Below are positions 11,591-25,890 of a stretch of 64,000 bases of DNA, piece after piece. Under the pieces are notes generated by a model. The model searched no databases, was not told the origin of the DNA, and saw only the letters and a list, made by a program, of their open reading frames with translations. This DNA comes from the human T2T-CHM13v2.0 reference genome, Homo sapiens. Position 1 is the stretch's first letter. Every line of letters begins with the position of its first letter. Made by a program: the position numbers and the translations under genes. Location of the stretch: assembly GCF_009914755.1 (NCBI RefSeq), contig NC_060926.1; one strand, 5' to 3'.

Positions 11591-14423
11591 AACATGTCTT
11601 GAATTAGTTTAGTGCAAGTAATGTCCATTAAATGTGACAGCATTATCTTATGGGAGAAAAGTTAAGCCATATATTTTTTAGTATGTAAATACTATTTTGA
11701 ATACAAATATGTTCCAGTATCATAATATGGGTATTACCTGTATATTTAATTATCATGTTTTTGACTAATTTTTGTTTGCTAGGTTTCACAGGGTTTAATC
11801 AGCACCTTTAAAGTTAAAAATGGAGATGTATACATGGATCTGGAAAAATAAAAATCATTCCATGACCTTTAATATTTTTTAGCTACCCAAAGATTTATAC
11901 AGAGCGTATGATTCTGAACAATATTAGAAATACTAATGTAGGACTTTTAAATTAGCATACTGAATATCAAACATTCTGATAAACCTAATAAAGCCTACCT
12001 AAACTGTTTTTTTAAAGTTAAAAGATAACAGGAGCTTCATTATAACAATGAAGTCAGAACATAACAGCAATAACCCTACTTTGATGAGGAATTCAATGTT
12101 CAGGATGTAATTTATGGCCAAATGTACACAAAAATGGTACAAATTTTAATAGATTTTATTACATATAAATGTCTCTGTATTAACAAAATATTTGAGTCAA
12201 GTTTGGAGGTGAGGAATGCTAGTTGCTTAAGTCCTTGGGCTGAATGAATGGATTACTGACCTATTCCTGAGAGATTGAGAAGCTTGCCCTAATATGTACT
12301 TTTGTTCTTTGCCATTTAAATATCTCTTTTCCAAATCTGAATTCCTCTCAATTGGGTTTAGGGGAGAGGTTTGACAAGGTGAGCAAGTTTAACTTGGGAC
12401 ACTGGTAGGATTTGAATTGGTAAAGAGAAGATTGGAGACTGAGGGGTCAATTATAGTAATTCTTATTGCCCACGTTTCACATTATTTTAAAAAATTGGAC
12501 TCTAATTACAATCAACATGAATATTCATGATATAGGTAATATACATTCCTAAAAATGTTGGAAACTGATAATATTCAAATCAACTCTACCTGACACTGTC
12601 ATATATTCAAAGATGCATATGTGCATACAAACATACAAACACAGAGCACAATTGATTTGATATTTACTCTTATACCCTCAATAAACCTTAGTGAAGTGGT
12701 CAGGAACTGAACAAGATTGATAAGTATAAACTATCTGATCCAATACAAATTAGGGAAAAGAAAATGTGGGATATATTTTGTACAATAATATATATATGGT
12801 TTGTTGAGATGAGAATTACATTGTATTTGAAGAGCGTTGTGTTCCTTTTATTTTTAAAAAGTGCCAGTATTTTGTAATGAGCTAAAACAGCCATTGAAAC
12901 AAGAATTGCATCTAATTGTGTAGACCTGTACATTAAGCAACCTTTTTTTCTTAATTTTTATATCTTCTATTTTGTCTATAGTCAATTCTTCATGATCTCC
13001 ATGGATCAAAGTGTAACAGTAATGAAAAAAATCTAAAGTGCTAGCTATTTCAATTTGGGTTTGGAATGCATGTTAGTGTTTCATTTGAACAAAAGGGTAG
13101 ATGTTCTAGGAATTCATAGCAGTTCAAAATAATTTTATCCAGACCTTCCGTGCTTAAAGGACCTTCCCTTATGTAGGAAAAGTTGCAGTGTCCAAACCTA
13201 GAGAGAGTAAGATAAAAACAAACTTCAGATTGTAAATCTGGATGTTAGGCATAGTGGAGAAATTGTGACAAATGAAATGAAATGAGTAGTTACCTTTTAC
13301 AGAGTAAATGGCAGTAGTTCTTTGCATATACTTTGCTAGTAAAATGAGTTGTTGCATGATTCCATATTTTCCCCAAAATCCATTCCCCAATCTGTTGATA
13401 GTGAAACTATAACCATTTAAATTCTGATTCCTGCATTAAGTCTTCCTTAGTTACATTCATACCAGTATGAATGGTCATTGATTTCTGCACAACCCAAATT
13501 ATAGACACCCTCAGAGGGAAATAACCTTTCTATGGTTTTTTTCACTGAACATTCATTCCCCCAGAGTGTTAAAAGTGACAGTTTACCAATTCAAGACTTG
13601 TTTTTGGAAGAAATGGGAAGTTAATAGGAATTTTAATGAGAAAGTAAAAATTTCTTTGGGTGCTGGGCATCATAGAAAGCTTTGTGTCTTTTGCACTGCA
13701 CCTGTGTCTGTTCTCTGAATTCAGACAGTCTTGTACGAAGGAGTCTGGTATACTGCTCCACTATAGAAAGTGACTCTTCAGTTACATTTTCTGTGATGGT
13801 CACCCTAAACTTACCAATATAATCAGTTATGGCCATTAAAAAAAATCAGTTATTCATTGATGGAATTAAAGCAGTTGGTTATCTAACTGAATTGTTTAAT
13901 GCATAGGGAAATACTATGTTCCAATATACTCATTTTAAAATAAGAAAACATACTGTGTTGTGGCAAAGCTAGGATGCAAATCAAGCAAATAACTCTTCTT
14001 ACCTTAACTGGAGACATGGATTGACCTTAATTCGATCTACTACTCTGTGGATGGATTTGATTGTGTCACCTAAACTTGTGGGCTGACGAGTAATTTCTAT
14101 TTTAGTTTGAGGGCATTACTGCTTGTAACAGCAGGAGTTAGTAGCTTTAAGAAGAGTGTCCCCTGAGATATCAGTGCCATTACTTGTCATTCAATCAGTA
14201 AAATTTCATTCCTTTGGGTCTTAGAATTTTTTCAAGTTTTGAGATGCTCTAATTAAAAGAAGAAAGGTAAATAATTGACAACTTAATTTATTATCAATTA
14301 ATGCCTTAGATTTCAGTTGATATTCTGAGAATGATTTAGTAGCCAATTAGCAGTAATACTTTTTGAAAACTTGGAAATTGGACACATGGGAGGTACCTGG
14401 ATGAGGGGAGGTGATTGCATATA

Positions 14424-14746
14424 CAGTTGGCCTTCTGTATCTGTGAGTTCTATATCTGAGAATGCAACCAACCTGGGATTGAAAATATTTGGAAAAAAAT
14501 AAAAGTAACAATACAGCAATAAAAATAGTACAGATAAAACACAATGTAGTACTTATATAATATTTATGTAACATTTGCATCATAATAGGTATAAGTGATC
14601 TGGAGAGGATTTAAAGTATACAGGAGGATGTGTGTAGGTTTCATGTAAATACTATGCCATTTTATATCAGAGACTTGAGCATCCTTGAATTCTGGTATCT
14701 GCTAGGGTCCTAGAACCAATCCCCCATGGATACCAAGGGATGACTG
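14424..14746. mobile_element. Tigger3a/MER7A-type non-autonomous TcMar-Tigger element, complete
   Basis: TIRs cagttggccttctgtatctgtg / catggataccaagggatgactg, TA target duplication at 14422-23 and 14747-48, internal gatttaaagtatacaggaggatgtgtgtagg. Confidence 0.9.
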
Positions 14747-17700
14747 TATCTTGGGATATGTGTAAAACCCAGACAAACCTATTTAAGAAGTATTATTTTA
14801 TAAAGCTTCCCCATAAGACATATCCTAATTTTGACTACTTGTTCATATATGAGAATAGTCTGATTTCATTCCAAGATTTTTTTTAAATAATTTAAAAATA
14901 CTTCAAATAATGTTTCAAATTATTATTGCTTTGAGAAGTGTCTTAAAAGCTACCCTCTCCCCAGTTTTGAACCAGTTTTGGATCTGTAAGAGCAAATCCA
15001 AATACGTTCAATGTAATGTTTCCTTACATTGAACCAAATAATTATGGGAAGCCAAAGTGTTGAGTGAAGACCTTTATTTAGAAATGGTGTCTGTAAATTC
15101 AGCCCCTGTAAACACTTGAATTTTTCAGTTCTCAGCTCTAGTCAAGAAACAGATTATTTAGAATTGGTTACTTAAATGCATTGTGATTTTTTTTTTCTTG
15201 TTTCTACTGGGGCTTACCCCAGGAATTCCTGGACTGAAGTCTGTTGAAGAAAAAAGTTGATATGTGAACAAGGTGATATAATGTGAATAGGCAAAAGAGA
15301 AGGGATATTGAAATCATATGCTAAAGATTATCTGGGGATTTTGTCATTGATTTTACACATCTTTCCATTACCTTAGCTGGATAAAAATAAGATAGAATCC
15401 ATAGCAAAACTGAGTCAGGATTTTTTTATTCAGTACTGGATTTGATAACATTTTGACAATAATATTTTTCTTAAAATACATCAGTTTCCATAAGTCGTTT
15501 CTAATTTCCAATGGCAAACAATCAGAGATTCAAAGAGCTGCATTTATTTGTTGTTCACATAAGAATATTTTCTGATTCATTCACTGAATTCAACATTTCC
15601 ATTGCATCCCTACTATGTAAAAGGCACGGTGATATATTTTGACTGAGTTGGGAATTTAAAGTCTCTTTATCTCTAATACCAAATAATTTTCATGAAAAGG
15701 ATAAATTTTTCTGTCCCTTGTGTTTTTATTAGACTGTGTAGTCTATGTTTATTTTTTTTTCCATTTAGTTTCTCAGCTTACTGAAATAGGGTTTTCAGCT
15801 AGAATAGCAGAGTATCTGTTGATGGCTATTTCTGTGCATTCGTTGTTTTCTTGGTTTACTATATGCTAGAAATAAAAGTGTGTTTAACTTACTGTTGTCT
15901 ACATTCTGTCCCTGCAGATTATTTTGTCAAGTGCTTTTTCCAGCCTAAGTTAAATCATTTATAAAATATGACTTTGAGTGCAGCCCTTAGAAAAGAAATA
16001 TGTGCCACTTTATGGCCCATGTATCTTACAAATAAGAAAGTTTCCGGATGGGCAATGTGGAGTTTCTTTGTTCAGATTTCTTTTACTGCATCGGAACACA
16101 TTGTCTTACTCTATCTTAAATAGTAATTTTCCTTCTGGGCTATAAATATATCTCAAATACTTCATCCTAATTCTATTTTCTTGAAGGCAAGCTTTCTTAA
16201 TTCAGACTTTTAATCTTTTCTTTTATCATCAATACTGTATCTTGTTTTATTGGTTTTCTCTGAACACCTTCATCTGTGCAGATGCCTTGCTGATAATGAA
16301 ATTGACTGGAACTCTGGCTAGATGTCCTGTCAAATCGGAACAACCTGTCTCTTGACCTCTTTCATCCATTTTCTTTGGCAAATCTCTTTTGCAACTGAGA
16401 ATATCCTGGAGAAGTTATGGTCAACATCGTCTTTTAAGAACCATGTACGTTTGTCAGCCCAAATTTCTGTATGTGAGACGCTACCATAAAACAAAATCAA
16501 AACATCTCTTTATCCGAGAACTTCCAATTTGAATCTGCTGCTATCCACATTTATTGGAGCCCCTCTTATTGAGATATTTCTCTTCAATTATAACATTTTG
16601 ATCAACTTACATGAAAAAAATGCCTGACCTTGTCTTCCATGATGAATGCATCTGCAGATTGTTCTTTTGGAATGCACATGTTATTCCACCTGACTTTTCT
16701 CAATCTTTTGTGCTAAGAAGCTAAACAACTTTTTATTAACCTCAAAGATTTGAGACCAGCCCTACATCTGTCTGGTCAGAATGAAATTACTACCGTGACT
16801 ATAATAATGGAGTCTTGACTACTGAAATCTTGCAAACACTTCATATCTTGTCTTAAAGGGCTACTTACCCATTTCTGAAATATCATGGGAAGTATACAGC
16901 TAATCTAATCTACAGTTGGAGTAGAGCTTAGGTTTCATGAAAAATGTCAAGAGGCTAGATCCTGAGATTTGGAAATTATCTGATCCTGGCATTGCATCCT
17001 GTATCAAAGGCAGTTTTATTATTCTAACTAATATCATATATAAAGGCATTATTATAATATCACAATCAATCATACTAAATTCACCTAAGAGGTCAGCACA
17101 GTTCACCACTCTGCATCCTTTTGATGCAGCCTAGTTTTGCATTGGGTTCCTGAAGTCATGTTCCATTTCCAAAGAGACAATAGGCAATTATAAGAAATGC
17201 CAATAGACAATCTAAGTTCAGTTTGTTTTATTTCAATATTTTAAAAGTGTTTAACTCCATTTTTATTTTAATATCTTAATGCTGGGAGAATTGTACCATC
17301 TGTATTGGGTAGTAAAAACTTAAGGTGTTTATTGGAAGAATGGACAATTGCATCATTAATCTTAATGAACTTTAAATTTTTTATGAGATGATCCAAGTAA
17401 GTTTCTAATAGGTAATAATTTTTAAAACTGAGAAATTGTGCTAAGTGACTAATTTATTTCCTACAATGGGAAAAATCAGAAAATCCCTAACTTATAAAAC
17501 CAAATGAGATTGTTATAAAAAAATCAAAGATAAGCCAACTAGTCAATGATCCAATATGTAAAAGTGGAGAGAAAATAAAACTTCATAGGGCCATTAATTG
17601 CAAAATCTCACACACAAAAAAAGCTGTTGAATATATAATTTGAATTTAGACTTAGAATTGTTGAAAATAAAAATAATAAATGATACAGCAAGGAAAATAT

Positions 17701-19149
17701 ATGCAGAGTATCATTGCCTCTTCTGTTAAGTACAGAAAAAGTCAAATATAGGCAAAACACCCATCTTTTTATATGCAAGACTTTTTTTTCTTTTCTATTT
17801 ACTTTAATTCTTTAAAGACATTCTTTAAATGTCTCTAACATTTATTTTGAAGTGAAAAATGGACATGATGTTGCCAAATCCATAATCGGTTTGAATTTAG
17901 TAGCTTCTGTGTTTCAAACTGCTCTCTCATCTGCCAATTTTGCTTAATTTTAAATTGCAATTATTGTAATACACTTATGTATTTAGTACGCTAAGAATGA
18001 CGGGCTTAGAAATAGAATTATATTGGCTTAAAACAGAAAAATCCCAAATTAAGATTTTTGTTTATCTGTATATAGAAACAGGCTTTGGTTTTTAGCCATT
18101 TATGATGCCATAATTTGCAAGCTATTGTTTTGAATGTCTAGGTTTCCTAAATTTTTTTCTGTGGAAAGAGATGGTTTCACTTTTCATGTATTCCACTAGT
18201 CAGATGAAGGCCTTTTATGTGGATGGTTTCAGGATGTGCCTGCTCTTCAATAGTGTCTGTTACTTTTGTTTTGCCATAATCAATAACTTTGAGTATTCTA
18301 TTTTAAACTCCTAAATTTTCATTGAAAAAAAATACTTTAGTGGTCTACATACTATTCTCATGCCTTTTCTTGTTTTTCTATGAAAACTAGACTTGGTAAA
18401 TAAAGCTATGACTAGAGCAGAAATCGTCCATGACAAAAACATTTTGGTCAGTTGGCATCACTGGGTCATGTAACTTGACCTCTGAGAGTGACAGTGCATT
18501 TTTTTATGATTGCAGAAAACTTGCCATTTGATTTTTTCTACAGTTCTGAAGATGAACTCTAACTACTCCTTTTAGTTGTATATTTGATACACGCAGAAAA
18601 AGTCAAGATTGTAACATTTTATATTGAAAGAATCTTATGAAAAGACTCTAAAGGTAGAAAAGGGCATTGGTTATTGGCTTATCCTTTAAATTATGCCCCT
18701 CACACAATCCACCCTTGGGTTAAAAGGAACAGTCAAAAGAGTTGCAATTGTAGCAACAATGAATGCATTAGTCCTTCAGTGATCCCAATGAAAGAGGTAA
18801 GTATCCCCTTAGTAGAGGACCATGTACAGAGGTTGGATGTGCAGAGGCCAAAGGCTTAAGGAAGGTCACACAGCAGGGCGATGGAACTTCCAAGAAAGAC
18901 ATCAGGGATCCCCACATACCGTTCCAGGCTTTAAGAGCTGCAGCCCTTGCCTTCTCTCTTGGTGATCTTCAACACTTTAAATAGGGGATTCACCCCCTTT
19001 GAGCCCCACTATAGTTGTCCCATTCAGTGCCTGACAAGGCAGGGTGCATCTTCATTCTCCTCCCACATGGTTCCTTTATCTGTTCAAGAGCCAATGAGAA
19101 ATCGAAATGGCCAGGCCGCTTAATGTCAAGAAAGCCCATATGTATATCT

Positions 19150-19300
19150 CTTTCAGCACGTAATTCCTTCATATACCTCTTTTTTCCCAATTACCCATTC
19201 CCTCTTCCACTCCCTAATCCCTTCCCAAGTAGGGTACTTTTTTTTTTTTTTCTTTTGCTCTCTCTCTCATTCTCTCTTTTCTGTATCTCTCGGAAATCAG
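19150..19300 (+). promoter_or_regulatory. Extended polypyrimidine tract and branch region of the cassette exon
   Basis: C/T-rich for ~150 nt, CCCTAAT branch-like motif 19212-19218, no AG between 19233 and 19298, many TCTCT/TTCT motifs. Confidence 0.6.
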
Positions 19301-19444
19301 ACAGGAGTTCAGAGCACTTTCACTACCTTTTATGAGGTAGATTGTGATGTCATAGATGGGGGCAGGGCTAGTCAACTTTCTACCCACCTCCCAACCTGTG
19401 CTGAGGGAGCTCCGATCGGGAGTGGAAGCAGTGATTCCTCCATG
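19301..19444 (+). CDS. CTNNA2: Alternatively spliced 144-nt cassette exon (48-aa insert of the long alpha-N-catenin isoform)
   Basis: Long pyrimidine tract, aatcag|ACA, donor ATG|gtgagt. Open frame TGVQSTFTTFYEVDCDVIDGGRASQLSTHLPTCAEGAPIGSGSSDSSM, phase 0-0. Not present in the supplied ORF track. Confidence 0.95.
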
Positions 19445-21299
19445 GTGAGTAAATTGACTTTCTAATCTAATGTCTTTCATTGTAATCATGAATTCTGAAG
19501 GCAGGGGGGATTGGATTTTAGGGAAATAAAAATGTGCCCACTGAAGGCCTCTTAATATTAACCAACTTTGGGCAAAGGACTTATTTATTCTTTATGTGGG
19601 TCAGAAATTCCACAGCACAGATATATCTTCAATTGTGGTCTAAACTTGAGAAGTGAAAAAGGTATTTTTATTTCTTTATTTCTCAGTCTTTCTTCCCATT
19701 GGGACTGAAAGTCATGGCATATGTGGAATGAATCCATTCTATAGTCTCTTTGTGAGCTTCACTAAGGAAGGCTAGTCAGAAGGATGTATTCTTCTTTGTT
19801 TGGAAGATTTCAGGGTCATGAAATATCCTTTACTCATGTTTGCCATGAGAATCAGTGGGCCCTTCTAAAACTGTGGAGGTTAAAATGTGCATGAGGATGA
19901 TACATGAGGATTATCAACAAATACTTTGGGTGTTAACAAATAAAAGCTTTCTAATGCAGTGACTAAAATGTTCATTTTTTGAAAAAAGTTACAACTCCTG
20001 CAAGTTTAAGGTCACAGCCATTTCAAGGTGTCACAGCCAGATTTACTACCCATTTTTGTTGTTGCACGTCCTAACCCTGATGCTGTTTCATAGGGTCTCT
20101 TGCTAGTTAAGAGGCATGAAAAGCTGCTATTGTTTCATTTGGGTTTCTATATATTGCTGATTAGTTCTTTTATATGCCTTAGTATTTAGAAAGAAAAGAT
20201 CAACTGGAGCGGGCACTTTTCTCTACTTCTTTCCTCGTTCTCTCCTGGGTACCTATTAAAACTATCAAGATGCAAGCTTTTGTATAAAAGGGTAAAGGGA
20301 GTTCATGGAGGTGGTTGACTTTTTAAGGGATATCAAAGCACTAGGGTGGGTGTTCTTAGAAGGGTTTGACCACCAGAATGTGAAACCCTGTTTTTTTCTT
20401 AGGGTGGGATGAAAGCATCCTGGTGTGGATTATGAGTATTATAAAATATATAAAGAGGGTATCATCCCTTTTTTTTTTCCTAAATATACATCCCTGGTTG
20501 GCTAGCCATGATGAACATTTGTGTTGGAGAATTGGTTTCGGTTTAAAAATGAAGAGTCCTTTCTGTCTCATCAACGGCTTCTTTGTTATGCATAAATCCC
20601 TGACCCCCAAAGTTATACACTTTTATATTTAAAAGCACTACAGCTGATACTGCCCTCTTTAGTACCCTGGGGCTGGGGAATGGGTTTTGAAGTTATTTGA
20701 TACCTAAGTTTTCTAACCTAAATAAGTGACTATAACAGTAAAGATTTCAGGCCTGATAAAGAAAGGTAGGGCCATAACTGGCCAATAGGAAGATTTTGAT
20801 GACAGTCCCCTGCAGGCAACTTAATATTGCAATGTGGGCAATAATGCCAGAGTCTTATATGTTGGTTTATCCCTCTTAAGTCTCTGACCTACCTTCCATT
20901 AAAAGTACTAGACCCCTGAAACCCAGGTAGAAGCAAACCTTCAGTGACAGAAAAATCTGATGTCTAATCATAGCTCAAGTTTTTAATGTCTTTTATCAAC
21001 CCCTCATACAGCTGCCAGGTAAGAAATGCTCATATTTTCAAACCCTTGGGACACAATCATCTTTAAACTTCGTGAGTTAAGAACGGTTGTGTTGTGCGCT
21101 TGTGCAAATTCAGAGAGTCTATCATGGAATGCATTGTGCATGCACTTATTTATCTTCATGTGCATGTTTCATTTATAGTGATGTTCAGTGTTTTTTAAAT
21201 TCATTTCGTATGTATTAAAAGTTTAATTTTAAAATACATACATATATTGTGCTCTAAAGGAGACAGTGAAATGGAGTGGAGGTTGCATTAATTTGGGGT

Positions 21300-21470
21300 C
21301 TGAACACTTGCTATGCTAGTTCTATCTCTGCGCTTGACTTGTTAGGTAACTCAAAGCAAATTACTTAGATCTCTCGGGCCTCAGTTTTTCTCATCTGTAA
21401 AATGATGGTAGATGATCAAAAAGAGATATTCTAATGCATCCCTGCTCTAAAAATCTATGGTTTTATGGTA
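21300..21470 (+). mobile_element. MIR-family SINE
   Basis: gcaaattacttagatctctcgggcctcagtttttctcatctgtaaaatg core. Confidence 0.75.
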
Positions 21471-23266
21471 TATTATTGAAGAAATGGTTTATGAGAAAAT
21501 GACTGAATAGTTGATGAAATACAGTTTTTATTTTGTACATACAATTATTAAATCCAGAAAAAACATTCAGTTTAAACAAGGTTTTAAAATGTGCTGCCTA
21601 CCTGATATACTGCTATTTGGTTAATAATAGATGTGGCTGAGCCATTTCTTTTAAATAGACAACGTCATTTGATTAATCTGCTAAATCTAAACCACTTAGA
21701 AAGTTATATATAAATTGATACCTGAAGAGAGGCAGAATCCATGATAGGTAGCTACATAATGATTTTGGAAGACCGATTCATGTTTTAACTCCATACCTTT
21801 GTGTTATTCTAATTATTGGGGATGTAAAAAACATTTACTAGGTAATAGATGTAGCTGATCTTACTGGGGCTTCAAAGTTTAAAATTACCTATGTAATATT
21901 GCAGGAAATCCCAGGTGGTTTTGGAAGGGTTGATAAGTAGGGAATTGGTGAGTATGGAACTATGTACTATGGGGGATAAAAAAAGTGTAAAGCCTTGCTC
22001 CTGAATTTGAGGAATGTGCAACCTCTTTGAGGAGTCTGTACATGTGCCAAGTGCCGACTTGGAAGTGAATACAGTAAGTGCCAAAATAAATATCCCTGTG
22101 GCCTGGGTGGGTTGGATTGCACTGGGGAGTCTTATAAAAAGCTGATACTTTTAGCTAGCTGAGAACAGAACGGTTTAGATGTTTGTGTTATTGTATATAA
22201 AAAGGACAGGGAAGCGTTCCAGGTCTTCAAGACCACAGAATTGTAAATGGAGCTGAAGATATATCTTGTGTTCAGACATGACATGTGTCAAAATCAAAAT
22301 GTATTGCTTACAGTTCAACCTCATACTTTTTCTGAACCCCTTTCCCCTAAATCATATGCTGACTGTACTAGAGGAGATACATGTCTTTGGAAGAATTTAG
22401 GAGGCAGCAAGTGAGTGAATTGAGTAATTATAAAGATATAATCAGGCAGGCATTTGGTCAGTTACACAAAACTCCACATGATCACTCACAGCCACAACTA
22501 TGCAAGAGAAATACATAACAGGCAGAGGAAGGAAAGAGGAAGACTCTAGCTTGGAGATATTCTGGTATTGTGATAAAAGTGGAAAGAGATCATCATTTGG
22601 GGGTATCATTAACAGATTTAGAAATGTCAGATGGTGATGGAAATGTCCATCAGCTAATGAGAATCCGTGTAACCAAGATGACTTTATAAAGCAAACAATT
22701 TCCTTGGGCACTAAGCAAGAATAACATCAGTTTCTCCATCCTTTAACAGCCAATATTGACAAGGTTTTAACACTAAGTAAAACTGAACATGATTATGCAA
22801 GTCTCCTTCCCATATACTCTTGGGAATAGGTTATTGATTTGGGTATGATTTATTCACACTGACGAAGAACACTTAATTTGAAAGCCTCTCTGTTGCTGTA
22901 GATTTGCAGAAGATTTGCGGTGGATATTTTGCCTCACGTAGGGAAAACTGTTTTTGTATTTCTTGCCATTCGAGTCTCTTCCAAGTTATTACCTTGGCCA
23001 TTCTAAAAGACTGGAATTCCACGATAAGAACTGCTTTGTTACCTAGCCCCTTTACCAGATTATAAGAACTTAGTAAGTAAACAAGGACTCAGTTTAGATC
23101 ACCCAGTGACATGGCTTCTAATTTCCTATTGTGACATCAGAATTAGCTTCTAGAATTTGTTTTCTCAGGAAATCACTTTCAAAGGCTAAATTTTTCTGTT
23201 TGGGGATGGTGAAGTAGTATGATCAAAGGTAGTTTAACAAAGCAAGACTACTAGCGCTAGTTTCTA

Positions 23267-23287
23267 AAAAAAAAAAAAAAAAAAAAA
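23267..23287. repeat. A21 homopolymer
   Basis: Direct reading. Confidence 0.9.
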
Positions 23288-23412
23288 GTTCAAGCAGAAG
23301 TTAGATTATGTTTGTTTCAAGAGAAAAATGATGAGGATGACAACTGTTCTCCTTTCTTCCTCCTAAGTGTCTCTGGAGGTCATTTTAGAAATAAAGCATC
23401 AGTCAGAGCTAT

Positions 23413-23830
23413 AATTCAACAAATTCATTGAGTATGTAATATGGGATATTCCCTGTTCTACGTATGATGCATTCATAGAATTAGCATGGAAAACAAGCAC
23501 GTGAACTAGTAACTATGATGATAGTAATCATTTTAAAAGACATATTGTGACCATTTTTGTAGAAAAGGATAAAGGGGTGTAATTTTTTTTGAGCCTTCAC
23601 ACATAACTGAATAGGAGTTTTCCAGGTGGAAGGAGAGGGAGGAATATCTCAGAAAAGAAACGAAACATCCATAACATTGAGGTATATAAGTATTCCAGGA
23701 TAACTGAAGCTGAAAATGTCAGAGAGGGCTGGAAAGATGGAGAAAAGTAAAAGATGTGAGGTTGGTGTTGGACATCAAAGAAATTCTTCTGACCATGCTG
23801 AGTTTAATGAGTAGCATTGAAAATGATCAG
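23413..23830 (-). mobile_element. L2 LINE 3' fragment
   Basis: attcaacaaattcattgagtatgtaatatgggat.. (antisense L2 tail) followed by purine-rich L2 body. Confidence 0.55.
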
Positions 23831-25359
23831 GATTATCTGCATGCCAGCTAAGCAAGGGGTTTGGGGGAGACTACTAAAATGCACGATCCTGGGCCATGTT
23901 GCAAAAACTTCTTGAATCAGGAATGGTAGGGAGTAGGTTCTTGGAGTCTGTAATTAACTACCCCATCCCACTCCCCAGCACACAACAGGTGATTCATTTT
24001 CACACCAAAGTTTTAGAATCCCTGCAAGGCAACAGAACTGACTCATTCTGTTTCTATGTTGTTAGAAGCAGTTTCAGAGTAAAAAATTAAAGTATCATGT
24101 TATTAAAAGATTTTGGGAAAAATAGTTTAGGGTAGTATAAGCATATTCTCAAGAAAATTGGTTTAAATTGTGGTTAAGCATGAGAACTAAGAAAGATGGT
24201 TATTAAATATAATCAGTGATGCTATTGAATCTCCTTGAAAGTGAGACAAGAAACTGTAAACATTCAAGAGACCATCCTTCATTTTTCTTTGTCATGCTCC
24301 AATACAAGGAGTTAATGAAGATTGAAGCTAAGTTGTTCTACATCTTCCAAGTTGTGCCAAGATAAGAGATAGGGGCAATAATCCAGAGTAACATTTGTTT
24401 GGGGATGGTATTCTTTTGTAGGGCCATTTGACTTCTTTAATTAAGTGAACTTCCTTGGAAAAAAAAACGTGTATGTCAGCATTCTCATCATGACTGGAAG
24501 AACCGAACTTTCATGCCCATGCAGTATATGACCTATATGGTCTATGTTGAAAATGTTAATTATATATGTTTAAATCAATAGTCACTTACAAGTGCTAAAT
24601 TCTTTGTTGTTTGTTTTTCTTTTTTTCGTGAACAACAGCTGTTACCTTACACCCATCAATCTGTGTAGAAAGTTAGAGAAGTGGTAAAAGACCTAAGGAG
24701 AGGGAGATACTAGAAAGGAATTTTACATTTTACTGAGACATGAAAATGAGCCCTGGTTGAGAAGAAAGTGAGCCTTAGTTCACAGCAACAAGGATTGATT
24801 CTAATTTAGCCCCCTAATTGCTTTGCATACAACGTATCATTTCCAGATTGCCAGAATCTTCTGTATTTATTTTTTTTATTTGAGAATAGCTTTGTTTGGA
24901 AGTCGAGGATTGATGGGGAACCCTATTTTTAATTGTTTTCTGCCGTTAATTTCAGTGTCTTCTCTTGGGTATAGATACTGTCACTTTCTAGAATCAGTTG
25001 ACTGGTAGGAGGCAGTGCCTGCCATTAAGTGAACAAACTAAGGTTGACGACCTAAGGATATATGTATCTATATCTAGGTATCTAGATATAGATATATGTA
25101 GTTAATTTTAGTTCTTACAGATATCTCTTGCCAATGATCTGTGGCTCTGTCATTGCCCTTGTTACACCAACTAAAGCAAATACAACCTTGGGTGGTTCTA
25201 AAAAGATGTTCCAGGCAAAATTATTTACCTCAAGGCCTATTCTTTTACCTAAATAAATGCCAAGCAGAGAACAGCAACAGCTATGTGGTTTTGATTGTTA
25301 CAGATCTGAAGAATATAAGTTAAATAATGTTAAAATTATAAGAGTGATATTGCTATTAG

Positions 25360-25890
25360 GTGTGAATTTAGAAACCAACTCTCTTGTACAATTGATGAAA
25401 CTGGGCAACATTCTTAACCTCCCTGGGCTTTTGCTTTTTATTAGAATAGCAATAGCTACTCAGAGGGATAATTGCCCATGGTAAATATTAAAATATCAAC
25501 AGTTACATTAACATAAACTGAAGGATTAGTATGTGCCAGGCATTGTATGAAGCATTTAAAATGCACTATGAAATATGTTTTTTCAATTGTGCTCTGGAGG
25601 AAATACTATCATCCCCATTGAAAATATTAGAATAATGAGGTTCAGAGGAGTTCAGAAACTTCCTGGAGGTCACAAAGTCAGTGTTTGGTACACACTAGTG
25701 CTTCAGGAAGACTTCTTTGATATTCTCCAAAAGCATGGTGTACTCTTTCTGTCATTTTTTGTATGACACTTAAATGTCATTATATTTCTCTCAACTAGTC
25801 TGTAAGCTAGTTATAACAGGGAATATGTTTGAATGCTCATTTTTTTCCCTGGTTCCCTGCATAATGAACACATAATCTATGCTTAACACA
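25360..25890. mobile_element. Cluster of MIR (both orientations) and L2 fragments
   Basis: ctgggcaacattcttaacctccctgggc; tatgtgccaggcattg..atcatccccattg..aatgaggttcagagg; actagtctgtaagct. Confidence 0.55.

Noticed and set aside
19015-19489. Overlapping 106-aa (+) and 91-aa (-) ORFs
   Set aside because: Off-frame and antisense shadows of the pyrimidine tract and the true cassette exon.
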